A DNA stretch of 64,000 nucleotides, from positions 4,864,001-4,928,000 of the forward strand of contig CBDCJO010000002.1 of assembly GCA_965217865.1 (NCBI GenBank), in the 5' to 3' direction. The translations under genes and the position numbers were made by a program. This document shows positions 29,869 through 40,345 of this stretch, in pieces. The first letter of the stretch is position 1. The number at the start of each line of letters is the position of its first letter. The notes under the pieces are model-generated. The model worked only from the letters and a program-made list of their open reading frames with translations. It ran no database searches and was not told the DNA's origin. This DNA comes from Candidatus Latescibacterota bacterium. Its GTDB lineage: Bacteria > Latescibacterota > UBA2968 > SICM01.

Positions 29869-31581
29869 TTATCCGTTGGTCTGATAGTACCTGGGATCTC
29901 CCCCCCGGTCTCCGATCCATTTGAAAGTGAGGACGCGGAAGTAGTCGTTCCCTTTTCCGGCCTCCTGCCAGGCCTTCAGCTCTTCCTGGTGGCCAATGCG
30001 CTTCATCATAGCCCACTCGCTGATGCGGAAGACCCGGGAATAGGTGTCCCACATGGTGATGCCGTCGCAGCCGAGATCGTAGAGCGTCTGCGCGGAGTAG
30101 AGAGAAGCGGCCGGGGGCTGGCGGCGGGGATAGAGGTCGGGATAGAGCTTTATGTCGGTTCCTTTGAGCAGATCGACAATCGGTTTCAGCCACTTCTCAG
30201 CGGACATGGCCACGGTAGGATGGGGCATCAGGTAATCGATCAGGCCCTCCTTGACGATGGTCTCCACGTCTACCCCCCACATGAGGTTGCTTTCAAAGGT
30301 GGTATTCACGTTATAAGCGATCTCGAGTTTCTGGCCCCTCTTTTTTCCCCTTTCATCAACCGCTGTTCTGAGCTCGCGGGCGAACTGCGTGACGAAGGAG
30401 GACATCACCTTCCAAAACCTCGGGTCTTCGTCTGGACATTCCCTGGGATCCTCGCCGTATTCCTCGCGAAACTTCTGAATCACCGGCTCCTCGTAAAGCA
30501 CGAACGGCCACGAACGACAGAAGATGACGTGGACGCCGTCAAACCCGTAATCCAGGGATTCGCAACACAGGTCGATCCAGTACTTTCTCACCTCGGGGAA
30601 GGCCAGGCTGAGGTGCGCGATGCTCCTTCCGGCCTTGTCCAGGCAGTGGAACTGAGGATATCGATCGTAGAAGGTTCCCGTCTCCATCTCGAGCGGCACC
30701 GGCTTGGGGCCCTGGAGCCGGAGGCTGGGGAAGATGCGCAGGCCTGTCGCGTGGGCGGCCTTGATCGCTTCGGCCATGAAATCGATGCCGTCGGCCTCAA
30801 GGGCCATTAGATTATGGTGCCAGCGGTCGATGCTGGCGTGGCGGTCGAAGGGATTATATTCCTTGGGCTGGGTTCGTCCGATGCGAGTGCGGTATGAGCA
30901 GTTTTCACCCTTGAAGGTGGCCCAGAGCATGATCCCAACGTCGGTGTCGCGGTAGGGTTCGAACTGTGACCAGATGTCCTCTTTTGTAGTTAGGCTACTG
31001 AAGATTCCGCCGTCGTTCATGGCCATCAACCGACGGGTGTCGTCTCTGGGCAACTCCTCCCGGTACCCTTCAATGTCCTCTTCGGAAAGGGGAACGAGTC
31101 GAACGTGGACAAGGTTGCTGTACATTTCCGCATAGCCCTTGCCCGAATTGAAGCGGCTGATGATCAAATCCTGGCCGGTGAGGTCGGCCACCTTCCAGAA
31201 GGCTTCTGAAAGCTGATGGTCTATGAAGGCTTTGTCGGTATGAAAATGGACAAGATCCGGTGGAATGCTGTTATAATCCTTCAGGGACTGAGACTCTTCC
31301 CGCACCAGTGAGTAGGCCGGGTCGTCGGTAAGGCGCACGCGGACGTGGGCGGAACCGAATTGCCCCGGGTAATGAACCCCCAGGTAGATCGCGTGGTATC
31401 CCTGGACGTTCAGGGGGAGGGTCAGGGGAACGGATTCCATACGGGGGCCGGAATAGACCATGGTTCCCTTAAATTCCTCGGTCTCGTAATCGATCAGCCT
31501 CCAGGTACCGGGTCGGCACTCCCTGTCCAAGGCATAGCCGGGTTGGCACGCGCTGAGGTCGGAGAGAATGACTTCTTTCAA
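29869..31581 (-). CDS. GHL10-like TIM-barrel protein, paralogue of 23173-24918
   Basis: WRLIDYET, LSLAFPEV, GFDGV, DVETIVKEGLID, DLYPRR, GCDGITMWD, DPRY. Confidence 0.65.
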   Translation of the reverse strand: MKEVILSDLSACQPGYALDRECRPGTWRLIDYETEEFKGTMVYSGPRMESVPLTLPLNVQGYHAIYLGVHYPGQFGSAHVRVRLTDDPAYSLVREESQSLKDYNSIPPDLVHFHTDKAFIDHQLSEAFWKVADLTGQDLIISRFNSGKGYAEMYSNLVHVRLVPLSEEDIEGYREELPRDDTRRLMAMNDGGIFSSLTTKEDIWSQFEPYRDTDVGIMLWATFKGENCSYRTRIGRTQPKEYNPFDRHASIDRWHHNLMALEADGIDFMAEAIKAAHATGLRIFPSLRLQGPKPVPLEMETGTFYDRYPQFHCLDKAGRSIAHLSLAFPEVRKYWIDLCCESLDYGFDGVHVIFCRSWPFVLYEEPVIQKFREEYGEDPRECPDEDPRFWKVMSSFVTQFARELRTAVDERGKKRGQKLEIAYNVNTTFESNLMWGVDVETIVKEGLIDYLMPHPTVAMSAEKWLKPIVDLLKGTDIKLYPDLYPRRQPPAASLYSAQTLYDLGCDGITMWDTYSRVFRISEWAMMKRIGHQEELKAWQEAGKGNDYFRVLTFKWIGDRGGDPRYYQTNG

Positions 31582-31604
31582 AAGGAAACTCCTTTCCTGA
31601 ATGG

Positions 31605-32563
31605 TTATGGGTTTTGAAAATCTTGATCGTTTGAAGATTCACAGGAGATCATCACAATTGCCTGAGGGGCCTCGAAGAAGCGCTCCCAGCTTTCCCCGCG
31701 GTCTCCCTGCTCCTGTAGAGTCCCGCATCCACCACAGCCCACGCTGTGCCTTCTGGCGAGAACGCTATATGGAAAGTGTCGATGTTCCCTTCCGTAGAGG
31801 CCGGAAACCCCTTCGTGACGTGTGTCCAGGTTTTACCCGCGTCGTCCGTGCGGTAGAGCTTTCCTCGGGCATCCGTGCTGGTCGGGCCGTCGCTTACAGA
31901 GGCGAGAAGACAGTCGGGATCCCGAGGATGGACGGCGATGGCCCTTCCGTAGCGCTGCTTCAATCCTTTTGATCGGTGCATCCACGCCCCCCCGCGGTCT
32001 TCGCTGATGTAGACGGCGTCCGCCGTGTTGGCGTAGAGGCGATGGTCGGCTTCGGGACAGGTGGCCACCTGGTGGACGTCTTCGTGAAGATCGGGTGTTA
32101 CCGGTTCCCACAAATCCCCTCCATCCTGGGACCGCATGATACTCCCCACGTGGATGTCTGCAAATACCCATCCTTCGCCGGTCGATGCCAGGCTGCGGAT
32201 GGAGGGGGGGCCTCCCCACGGAGTATACCAGCCCCCCCTGCATTCCAGGGCGTCAAACGAAGGGATCCTCTGGACAGACCCGTCATCCCCAAGCCTGTAG
32301 AGATGGGGTCCCTCGGTGCCGATCAACAAGGTCTTCGGGTTTTCCTGGAGGATCAAGAGGGATTCGATGGGTTGCTCTATTTCGGACGTGATGCGTTGGG
32401 ATTCTTTACCGGATATGAAGAGGATGGCCCCTTCCGAAAGGGCGATGGCCGAAAAGCCAGCCCCTTGCGCCACACAAACCACCCTTTCTCCCTCAAACAA
32501 CAAACCGGGTGTATCCTGATTCACCCCCAACCTGTAAACCGCGTCTTTTGTCGATATCAACAT
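31605..32563 (-). CDS. WD40/YVTN/BNR-like beta-propeller protein (probable frameshift near the C-terminus)
   Basis: Asp boxes SQDGGDLW, SEDRGGAW, TDDAGKTW; last box S.DRGESW is restored by a shift at about 31705, giving a stop at 31605. Confidence 0.75.
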
Positions 32564-32777
32564 AAGTCACCCTTCGCTGGTTCTCTCAAAAGGCTTGACT
32601 TCCATTCCCGGCTTCGCGTATCATGGCGGGCGATCAAACCGCTGCGCCCGTCCTTTCAGTATCTGGAATTGTGAAAAACGGGAACCAAGACAAATCTCTC
32701 GCCCTCCCCTCTCATGGTTTCACCCCATCGGGGAATCCTGGAGGAGGAGGATGCCCTTTTAAGAAAGGGGTAAGTTT

Positions 32778-33890
32778 ATGCTTACGGTAGAGGGCTGTAA
32801 GGAACGCCAGCGCCGCCTTCGCGAGCGTCTCTCGGATGAAAAGATCGATGCAATAGCCCTGACAGATCGTCGAGACATTTATTATTTCACAGGTGTGCTA
32901 CTCGAAAAATTCCCGGCCCTCCTCTTTCTGGAGACGGAGGGAGACTCCTGGCTGGCCGCCCACACTGAGGAAGGTGATGCCCTGGTCGACGACCGAATCA
33001 CCTACGAATTTCAGACATTTTTTACCCTGAACCCGGATCCTCTTCGTTTTCTGAATGCGGCCGTCGCCAACCGCATCAAAGGTCACGCAACCGTATCTCG
33101 GGTCGGGCTGCAGGCCGAGGCCATGCCCAAGATCCTGGGAGACTCCCTCGCGGATGTCCTGCGGCCCATTGATTGGATCCAAGTGGATGACATTCTCGCC
33201 GAACTCGAGAAACGGAAGGATCCGGACGAGGTGGTGCTTCTTCGAAAAAACATCCAAACCTGTCTGGCGGCATATAACCGGGCTCAGGAGGTGATCGCCC
33301 CCGGGGTAAACGAACTCGATGTGCTGGCCGCGGGGCAGCAAGCCGCGATGCGAGAAGCGGGAGAGGTCATCTTCCACGGAGGAGACTACCAGTGCGCCGA
33401 GCTGGGCGGACCCGCCCGTGATCGGATAATCGAGGCGGGGGAACTGTATATCATCGACGCCCAGAGCAGCTACCGCGGGTATAACTCGGACATCTGTCGA
33501 ACTTTTCTCGTGGGGGAGAAGCCCACGGACCTTCAAGCCTCGGTCTACGAACATCTGGCAGAGATCCTGGCGGAGATCCCGAACCTTGTCAAACCGGGCG
33601 GCCGGGCAACCGAACTCTGGAAGACCCTGGATTTTCGTATCCGGGAACATCCCCGCTTCACGGATGTGGGCTTGATCCACCACGGAGGACACGGGGTAGG
33701 ACTTCGGCCACACGAAGCACCGGACATCAACCGAGACCGGGAGGGGATCTTCGAGGTCGGAGATGTCTTCTCCTGCGAGCCCGGGGCCTACTGTGATGAA
33801 CTTCGATGCGGTATCCGTGTCGAGAACACATTTTTAATTACCGAAACAGGCGTCGAAAATCTCTCGGAGTATCCACTCAGTCTAAAGTAA
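32778..33890 (+). CDS. Xaa-Pro peptidase (M24B family)
   Basis: IDA..GYNSDICRT, GHGVGLRPHEAP, EPG, GIRVEN. Confidence 0.9.
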   Translation: MLTVEGCKERQRRLRERLSDEKIDAIALTDRRDIYYFTGVLLEKFPALLFLETEGDSWLAAHTEEGDALVDDRITYEFQTFFTLNPDPLRFLNAAVANRIKGHATVSRVGLQAEAMPKILGDSLADVLRPIDWIQVDDILAELEKRKDPDEVVLLRKNIQTCLAAYNRAQEVIAPGVNELDVLAAGQQAAMREAGEVIFHGGDYQCAELGGPARDRIIEAGELYIIDAQSSYRGYNSDICRTFLVGEKPTDLQASVYEHLAEILAEIPNLVKPGGRATELWKTLDFRIREHPRFTDVGLIHHGGHGVGLRPHEAPDINRDREGIFEVGDVFSCEPGAYCDELRCGIRVENTFLITETGVENLSEYPLSLK

Positions 33891-33967
33891 CCGCCCGGAT
33901 TCATGGGCTGGAATCAATGGACCCGTGAAGCTGATGGTTTTTGACTGACGAGAACCGCGTCACAAGC

Positions 33968-34897
33968 TTACAGCAGCCCCTTCTCCTTCAGCAGCTTTCT
34001 CACCCGGCGCCTCCCCGAGGCGTCGAGCACCTCCCCGGTATCCCTGACAGGCCCCCCCGCCATTCCCATCATCTCCAGACCGGCTTTTAACATCGGAGTT
34101 CCAAGCTCCGTACGCAGATCCGTGAGGGGTTCGAAGAAGTCCCTTAAGGCCATGGCACCTTTCCAATCCTTCCGGATGGCCGCCCGATGAAGCTGGATAG
34201 ACACGGGTAGGAATAGGTTGGCCATTCCTGTGGTGAATCCCACGGCACCGGCCAGGTAGTAGTAAGGGACCATGTTTTCACCCCCGCCTGTGATAATGGG
34301 GATTGATCCCCCGCTGATTCGGATCCCGGTTCGCACCCAATCGACCGAACCGCTCTCCTCCTTGATCGCTACGAGATTCGGGAGCTTAATCAGACGTTTC
34401 ACAAGCGCGATGGACAGGGTTTGCTGCGGGGCGCGGAAAGGCAGGACACCGATATCGATCGATCCGGAGATCTCCCGATGGTGTTCCCACAAGGCATCAT
34501 CCCCTCTTTTTACGATGGGTGGATGAGGCATGATAAGCACCGCGTCGCATCCCGCACGCTCAGCGTCACGCGCCATTTTCACGGCGCTGTGGGTGTTCCC
34601 TCCGATTCCGCAGATGATTTTGCACCTTCCCTCTGCACCGGAAACCGCGGCTCGGGCGATGTCGATCACCTCAGATGCGGAAAGAGAGTGAAATTCACCC
34701 GATCCTCCGCATATGACCATGGCCTTCTCGCCTTTTGTGAGGGAAAAGCGGAGGATATTCCCCTCTACTCCGGGGAGATCAATTTGGTATCTTCCGAATC
34801 GGTTCCTTGTCAATTTAAAAGGCGTCATCACAAAAACGAAGACGCCGCGGGCATTGAAATCCGTCCGGAGTTTTGATTGAGAGGTAACTTGCTTCAC
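33968..34897 (-). CDS. DapA-family class I aldolase (KDG dehydratase-like)
   Basis: MTPF, GGSGEFHSLS, NLVAIKEESG Schiff-base Lys; GTG start overlaps upstream TGA. Confidence 0.85.
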   Translation of the reverse strand: MKQVTSQSKLRTDFNARGVFVFVMTPFKLTRNRFGRYQIDLPGVEGNILRFSLTKGEKAMVICGGSGEFHSLSASEVIDIARAAVSGAEGRCKIICGIGGNTHSAVKMARDAERAGCDAVLIMPHPPIVKRGDDALWEHHREISGSIDIGVLPFRAPQQTLSIALVKRLIKLPNLVAIKEESGSVDWVRTGIRISGGSIPIITGGGENMVPYYYLAGAVGFTTGMANLFLPVSIQLHRAAIRKDWKGAMALRDFFEPLTDLRTELGTPMLKAGLEMMGMAGGPVRDTGEVLDASGRRRVRKLLKEKGLL

Positions 34898-36015
34898 AAG
34901 TATCGCTCGATCCGCACCTGGTCGATCGGTATCCTGGGCTTCCGGTCCATCACGAGATCGGTCAGGACCATCGCGGTTCCGGGCGCCTGTTTCATACCGG
35001 ACGCCCCGTGCCCGGCCGCCCATAGATAGCCTCCGCTTGCGCGTGGGTCGGGTCCGATGGTTGGCAACCCGTCGGGTGTGGCAGGTCTCAAACCCGTCCA
35101 GACGTCCAGGATGGGCCGTCCGGAAAGACTGGGCAGAACGTTCTGGACGATCTCGTTCAATTCGCCCATACCCTCTGGTGTGATCTGTTTCAGGAAACCC
35201 CAATCGTCCAGGGTGGCTCCTACCACCACCCGTCCGTCGGGCCTGGGGGTCACGTAACCCCATGCGCTCGTCCGCCAAACGTTGTGACGCAACCCGCAGA
35301 GGGGTCCGGAGACGGACATGATCTGCCCGTGATTCGGGTAGACGGGGTGCGGCAATTTCGAATCGAGCTTTCCCGCCCAGGCGCCGGCCGCATTGACCAC
35401 GATGCCCGCGTGAATCTCATCACCGCCGGAACGGACTCCGATCACCCGATCCCCGTCCCACACCATCCCGGTGACCGGCCATCCTTCATACACGGAAACT
35501 CCTTTCGCCTGGCCTGACAGCGCGATGGTGGCCGTGAAGTCTCGAGCGTCCAGGAATCGACCTTCCGGAAAAAAAGCAGCGGAGACGACTTCCTGGGAGA
35601 GGGCGGGTTCCCGCTTTACCGCCTCCTCCCCGGTCAGCCGCTCTGCTGCAACCCCCGCGCGCGCCTGTGTCTTCACCTCCATCTTCGTTTGCTCGATCTC
35701 AGCATCGGAGAGAGCGATGCTCAGGGAACCCTCACCGCCATAGCCGATCCGCCTGCCCGTTTCGGTGTAGAGACGTTCATTCAGGTCATCGTATATGATT
35801 TTCGAGAGGGAGGTCACCTTCAGAAACCAGGGATCCCCCTCAGGAGAGGATGTCGGTCCGATCATCCCGGCGGAGGCCCAGGATGCCTCCTGGCCGACTT
35901 TTACCCTGTCCAACAGGGTCACCCTCAGACCCTCTTCCCGAAGAAAATAAGCTGTCGTACTCCCGCAGGCCCCTCCGCCCACCACCACCACATCACAGGT
36001 TTCCAGAACAGCCAT
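34894..36015 (-). CDS. FAD-dependent glycine oxidase/DAO-family oxidoreductase
   Basis: VVGGGACG, ASWASAGMI, NAAGAW, WTGLRPATPDGLPTIG, AAGH. Confidence 0.88.
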   Translation of the reverse strand: MAVLETCDVVVVGGGACGSTTAYFLREEGLRVTLLDRVKVGQEASWASAGMIGPTSSPEGDPWFLKVTSLSKIIYDDLNERLYTETGRRIGYGGEGSLSIALSDAEIEQTKMEVKTQARAGVAAERLTGEEAVKREPALSQEVVSAAFFPEGRFLDARDFTATIALSGQAKGVSVYEGWPVTGMVWDGDRVIGVRSGGDEIHAGIVVNAAGAWAGKLDSKLPHPVYPNHGQIMSVSGPLCGLRHNVWRTSAWGYVTPRPDGRVVVGATLDDWGFLKQITPEGMGELNEIVQNVLPSLSGRPILDVWTGLRPATPDGLPTIGPDPRASGGYLWAAGHGASGMKQAPGTAMVLTDLVMDRKPRIPIDQVRIERYL

Positions 36016-36024
36016 AGGGGGTCC

Positions 36025-36816
36025 TCAGGGATAATGGGTCACGATGGTATCCTCCTGTTCGACCTTCTCCCCGTAGAGCCAGTTCCAGATGTCCATCCAC
36101 ATGACCCGGTGCTTGTAGCGGGAGGATGCATCATCATACGGAAGCGCGGATTCGATCATCCGGGTCTTCATCGAGACCCGAAAGTCGGGGTCCGCGTGCC
36201 AACTGGGTTGCCTGGGTTCCTCTGTGCGATCAAACAGGAACTTCAACATAAAGCGAGTCTTGTCGCTGTGGTTGGCCATATTTGTGTGCCATATGTCGTA
36301 GTGTGCCACCACAACGGTTCCGGCCTTTACACAGAGCGGCACCTGGGCTTTTAAATTGACATAACTTTGCATCCGGGTGGTGGGTGTGTTATGATACTGA
36401 GTGCCCGGAACGATCAGGGTGGGCCCCATCTCCTCCGTGACGTCCTGCGGATAGTACATCGCGAGGATACGATTGATATGGTGGTGGCGTGCGTTGACGT
36501 CGTCCTGGTGCCAGAAGCTTCCCTGGCTACCAGGAGGATTCGTATGGCAATGACGGTGGCGATGCATGATATAATTCTGTCCCAAGACGCTGGTCAGAGT
36601 TCCGCGAACTGCCGGATGATCGTAAACCTCATGAAGGTCGGGGACGCGATCCAGGATCTCATTTCCCGGGTTGCCTTCCTTCTCGAACAGGTCTTCGATC
36701 TGCCGGTAAATCGATTCGTGGAATTCCGGGGGAAAATCTGTGTGAACAAGGGCATATCCATCCACGATGAAAGCCCTCATCCCCTCGTCGTCGAGGAGGA
36801 AATCTCTCTCATTCAT
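36025..36816 (-). CDS. Phytanoyl-CoA dioxygenase (PhyH) family Fe(II)/2OG enzyme
   Basis: WHQD, YYPQDV..MGPT..PG, DIWH. Confidence 0.88.
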   Translation of the reverse strand: MNERDFLLDDEGMRAFIVDGYALVHTDFPPEFHESIYRQIEDLFEKEGNPGNEILDRVPDLHEVYDHPAVRGTLTSVLGQNYIMHRHRHCHTNPPGSQGSFWHQDDVNARHHHINRILAMYYPQDVTEEMGPTLIVPGTQYHNTPTTRMQSYVNLKAQVPLCVKAGTVVVAHYDIWHTNMANHSDKTRFMLKFLFDRTEEPRQPSWHADPDFRVSMKTRMIESALPYDDASSRYKHRVMWMDIWNWLYGEKVEQEDTIVTHYP

Positions 36817-37201
36817 TGAAGATCTCCATTTTTTGTAAGATGAATTCAAAGCCTACGAAATCCACCTCCCTGTCGTCAAAAGGGGCCATCAGGTTCGGAA
36901 AATGGATGACATGCCAGCCGTCGGCCATGGCCTCCTGCACCGTGCCAAATGGCCAGTCCTTCCGCGTTCGATGTCGATCCCGCTGACCCACCACAGGCTC
37001 GTGCTCGGCCATGCCGATGATCTCAGAATGCACAGACGGCTCTCGCGTATGGACGTAGAGCAGGCGCTGGCGCGTGTCTTGAGTCACGGATTGGACCGTT
37101 TTTCCGAGTTGATCGAGATCGGATTTTTCCAGCGTTCCCCGGTCAAATTTTCCCCTGGAGTTGTCCAGCCATGCCTCGACAATTTTTCGGAGTGGGTTCA
37201 T
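36809..37201 (-). CDS. Conserved hypothetical protein coupled to PhyH
   Basis: RQRLLYVH ... AMADGWHVIHFP .. EFILQKM; overlaps the PhyH start by 8 nt. Confidence 0.65.
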   Translation of the reverse strand: MNPLRKIVEAWLDNSRGKFDRGTLEKSDLDQLGKTVQSVTQDTRQRLLYVHTREPSVHSEIIGMAEHEPVVGQRDRHRTRKDWPFGTVQEAMADGWHVIHFPNLMAPFDDREVDFVGFEFILQKMEIFNE

Positions 37202-37220
37202 ATCTAAGGGTGTGTGGGGG

Positions 37221-38087
37221 TCAGGTTTCGACGTACTGTCGATACAAATCCTCAATTTTTTCCACTTCCGGCTCTCGATCAAGGATCGCAAAGCCATACC
37301 GGAGTTCAAGAACGTCTCCGTTTTTCAACTCAAGGGTGCCGTTTTTGAGGGGGGCGGTTCCCAGGAGGTTTTTGCGGGTGAACCAGGGGACCGGATGACG
37401 CGGATTCCGAGGGTGATCCATCAGGATCACTGCACCTCCGGAAGCGCCGCCGGCGCACACCCAGCGCGCCTCCCTGCCCATGATGTTTTCGTGGCCCTGG
37501 AGGCCTTCGCTGCTCCGATGGAACGCTTCTGAAAAGGGCTGTCCCATCCGCAAAACCAGACCACTGTACCGGGCGACGGCTTTTGTTGCCCCAATTGAGA
37601 GATGGTCACCGGCCGGTTTTATCTCCGTTTGAATCGTCCAGAGGTAGCCATCTTCACTTTTGTCGAACCCGAAGGACCGGGTCTCGGATGCCATGATTCT
37701 ATCCGCCTGGTCCAACCAGGTAAGGTCCTCTTTTACGGAAATTCCATGACCATCGCTTCGTTCGTCGGAAAAATTATTGTGGCGCTGGATGCCGTGGATG
37801 TTTTCCAAGAACTCATATTTTCCAGTCTCAGGAAGATACCAGGGGCCGCCCCACAGGTTGGCTTCGTTCACGTGGACCCAACCGAAAAACAATCCCGTGT
37901 GCCAGGAGTGGTCAGGGGGCCTGTATTCGGTAATCAAACCTCCCGATGGGGTATAGATCGGGGCGAAACAGGGTTTGGGGGACTCGGCCCGTGGGAGCAC
38001 CTCGTGGGCGCGGTATAGCGCAACCAGACGATCCCCATCGTGCAGTTCGAACCCCAGACAATTTCTCTGCAAACGCATTGACTCCAT
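37221..38087 (-). CDS. PmoA-like (DUF6807) supersandwich protein
   Basis: PIYTPSG..PDHSWHTGLFFG, YSGL..R, DHPRNPRHP.PWFTR. Confidence 0.78.
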   Translation of the reverse strand: MESMRLQRNCLGFELHDGDRLVALYRAHEVLPRAESPKPCFAPIYTPSGGLITEYRPPDHSWHTGLFFGWVHVNEANLWGGPWYLPETGKYEFLENIHGIQRHNNFSDERSDGHGISVKEDLTWLDQADRIMASETRSFGFDKSEDGYLWTIQTEIKPAGDHLSIGATKAVARYSGLVLRMGQPFSEAFHRSSEGLQGHENIMGREARWVCAGGASGGAVILMDHPRNPRHPVPWFTRKNLLGTAPLKNGTLELKNGDVLELRYGFAILDREPEVEKIEDLYRQYVET

Positions 38088-38229
38088 GGCCGCATAAAAT
38101 AGCCCCCCTGTTTTGGAATGTCAAGGAGCATATAAGCGACCGCCATGCCACGATTTTCGAGTAAAACCCGCTTGACGGAAGGGTTTACTTGGAGTAATTT
38201 GAGGCCTGTTCTCCGAGAAGGAATTGCAA

Positions 38230-38392
38230 AGTCAGGGGTTAGAAGTCAGAGGTCAGGGGCCAGAGGAAAGGCAGGATCAAAGGCCAGAGGTCAGGGATTG
38301 AAGATTGAAAAACCTGTAGCAGTAGCGGGCGGTAGTGGCAAGGAAAGCAAGGAAAGATAGCCGAGGCAGTGGCAGAAGCAAAACCCTTTACT
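38230..38392. repeat. Heptamer array (GTCAGAG/GTCAGGG, ATTGAAG, GGCAGT modules)
   Basis: Same modules as 17380-17476 (reverse complement) and 58140-58240. Confidence 0.6.
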
Positions 38393-38409
38393 TGGGAAGG
38401 AGTGTTTCT

Positions 38410-39286
38410 ATGGCAAGTGGTTTGATGGATCGTCTCAAGAGCGGATTCGTGCTGGGGGATGGCGGCTATCTCATGGAGCTTCGCCTCAAGGGGCTTCTTA
38501 AAAAAGAGTCGATGACCCCAGAGGTGATCGCCACTCACCCCGAAGAGGTTCGGGACCTGACAAGGGCCTTTAAAGAGGCCGGGGCCGAGGTGCTCCAGAC
38601 GCTGACCTTTTTTGGGACCTCGAACATGCTCTCCAGGGCGGGATTCGGGGACCGGGCGGAGGAGATCAACCGGACCGCTTGCCAGATCGCGAGGGAGGTG
38701 GCCGGGGGGGAGGCTCTGGTGGCGGGGAATCTGAACAGCCCCTTCTATAATGGTTGGAGATTATGAGGCCGGGGATTCGGCGATGAGGGACCGCACGCGA
38801 GCCTGGTTGGACGAACAGCTGCCGTGGATTCTGGACGAAGGGGTGGATTTTCTGATCCTCGAGACGTTTTCCTGGCTGGATGAGGCCCTGGTGGCCCTTA
38901 AGGTGGTCGGAGAGACTGAAAAGCCGGTGGTGGTGACGGTGAGCCTGGAAGACAGAGGTCGGAGGACACTGGATGGGATTTCGCCCGGTGACTGCGCCCG
39001 GCGCCTGGTCGATGCGGGGGCAGATGTGGTGGGGGTGAACTGTCTCCAGCGACCAGAGGAGATGCTGCCGTGCGCCGTGGAGATGCGAGAGGCCGTGGAG
39101 GCGCCGGTCTGCTGTCAGCCGTCGGCCTGGCATTCGTGGTGGCCCGACCCGGAGGCCGTCACTCCGGAGGGTTTTGCGGCCTTCGCTCAGGCCGGGATGG
39201 AGGCCGATATCCGTTTTCTAGGGGCGTGCTGCGGGGCCGGTTCGGATCACGTCCGGGCGATGGCGGAGGCGATGGGGAAGGGGTGA
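38410..39286 (+). pseudogene. Homocysteine S-methyltransferase family protein with a +1 frameshift (possibly an error)
   Basis: LGDGG, AGAEVLQTLTF, GVDFLILETF, GVNC, GACCG; one extra C in the run at 38739-38742. Confidence 0.8.
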
Positions 39287-39412
39287 GTTTCCGGTAAAAA
39301 AACGGTTCGACGTAGCCCGGGCAGAAGGCGTACTCGACGTCCGGTTCACTACGGCGTTCGACCGGAGGCCGGCCGGCGAGAGATGTTAGGAACAGGTTTG
39401 GGAGGAGGGGAT

Positions 39413-40252
39413 ATGCCCGTTTTAAGCCAAGACGACCGCGCCTTCTGGAAGGAGAACGGTTACGTCGTGGTTCACGACGCTGTGCCTCCGGAGAACGTGA
39501 ATGCGGCTGAGCAGGCGGTCTGGGAGTTTCTCGAAATGGATCGTGATGACCCGAAGACGTGGTATACGGCCCCTCCGCGAAAAAGCATCATGGTCGAGAT
39601 TTATCAGCATCAGGCTCTCTGGGACAACAGGCAGTACCCCCGGGTCCACCAGGCCTTCGCTGAAATCTGGGGAACGGAAAAGCTCTGGGTCAGTTTCGAC
39701 CGGGCGAGCATGAATCCCCCGGAACGCCCCGGACATTCGTTTCCGGGAAAAGTGCACTGGGATATACCCCTGGACCTGCCGATTCCATTTCAGGTTCAGG
39801 GGGTGCTTTATATGAGCGATACCGATGCGAACCAGGGAGCGTTCACATGTGTGCCGGGATTTCATAACAGGATCGAGGCATGGATTCGGAATCTGCCGTC
39901 GGATGCCGATCCGAAACAGCACGACATAAATCGCATGGGCCTCCAACCGATCGCAGGTAAGGCCGGGGATCTGATCATCTGGCACAGCGCCCTACCACAC
40001 GGGAGCAGCCCCAATACTGCCAACCAACCCAGAGTGGTTCAGTACATTACCATGTTTCCCGCCAAAGAGGAGAACGAATTTCCTCCAACAGATGGAAAGG
40101 AAGCTATCCGTAGCCGCCGGATTAAGGGCTGGCAAAACCGTCTGGCGGGCTTCAGCTCTGAGCGGAGAGAGAAGGAACACGAATGTGGGGAGACGGCGGA
40201 GTTGACCCTCCGGGGGAAAAAGCTGTTGGGGTTGGAGCCGTGGGAGGATTAG
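39413..40252 (+). CDS. PhyH family dioxygenase
   Basis: FWKENGYVV, VHWD, QGVLY, GDLIIWHSALPHG. Confidence 0.9.
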   Translation: MPVLSQDDRAFWKENGYVVVHDAVPPENVNAAEQAVWEFLEMDRDDPKTWYTAPPRKSIMVEIYQHQALWDNRQYPRVHQAFAEIWGTEKLWVSFDRASMNPPERPGHSFPGKVHWDIPLDLPIPFQVQGVLYMSDTDANQGAFTCVPGFHNRIEAWIRNLPSDADPKQHDINRMGLQPIAGKAGDLIIWHSALPHGSSPNTANQPRVVQYITMFPAKEENEFPPTDGKEAIRSRRIKGWQNRLAGFSSERREKEHECGETAELTLRGKKLLGLEPWED

Positions 40253-40345
40253 GAAAATGCAAAATGAAAGGTGCAAATTGCAAAATTTGGGATCAAGAGA
40301 CGTTGCATCAAACCGACCCTCTAATAACCAAGAAGAGGCGTCATC

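Noticed and set aside
32620-32760. Hairpins upstream of the M24 peptidase as a riboswitch
   Set aside because: GC-rich stems are present but there is no recognisable aptamer, no long T tract and no clear alternative pairing.
34898-35278. N-terminal extension of the DapA-family ORF
   Set aside because: It overlaps the FAD oxidase in another frame; GTG at 34897 gives a normal length and a coupled start.
37221-38087. Methane monooxygenase subunit
   Set aside because: The PmoA-like family name is misleading; this is a soluble beta-rich protein, with no pmoB/pmoC and no TM helices.
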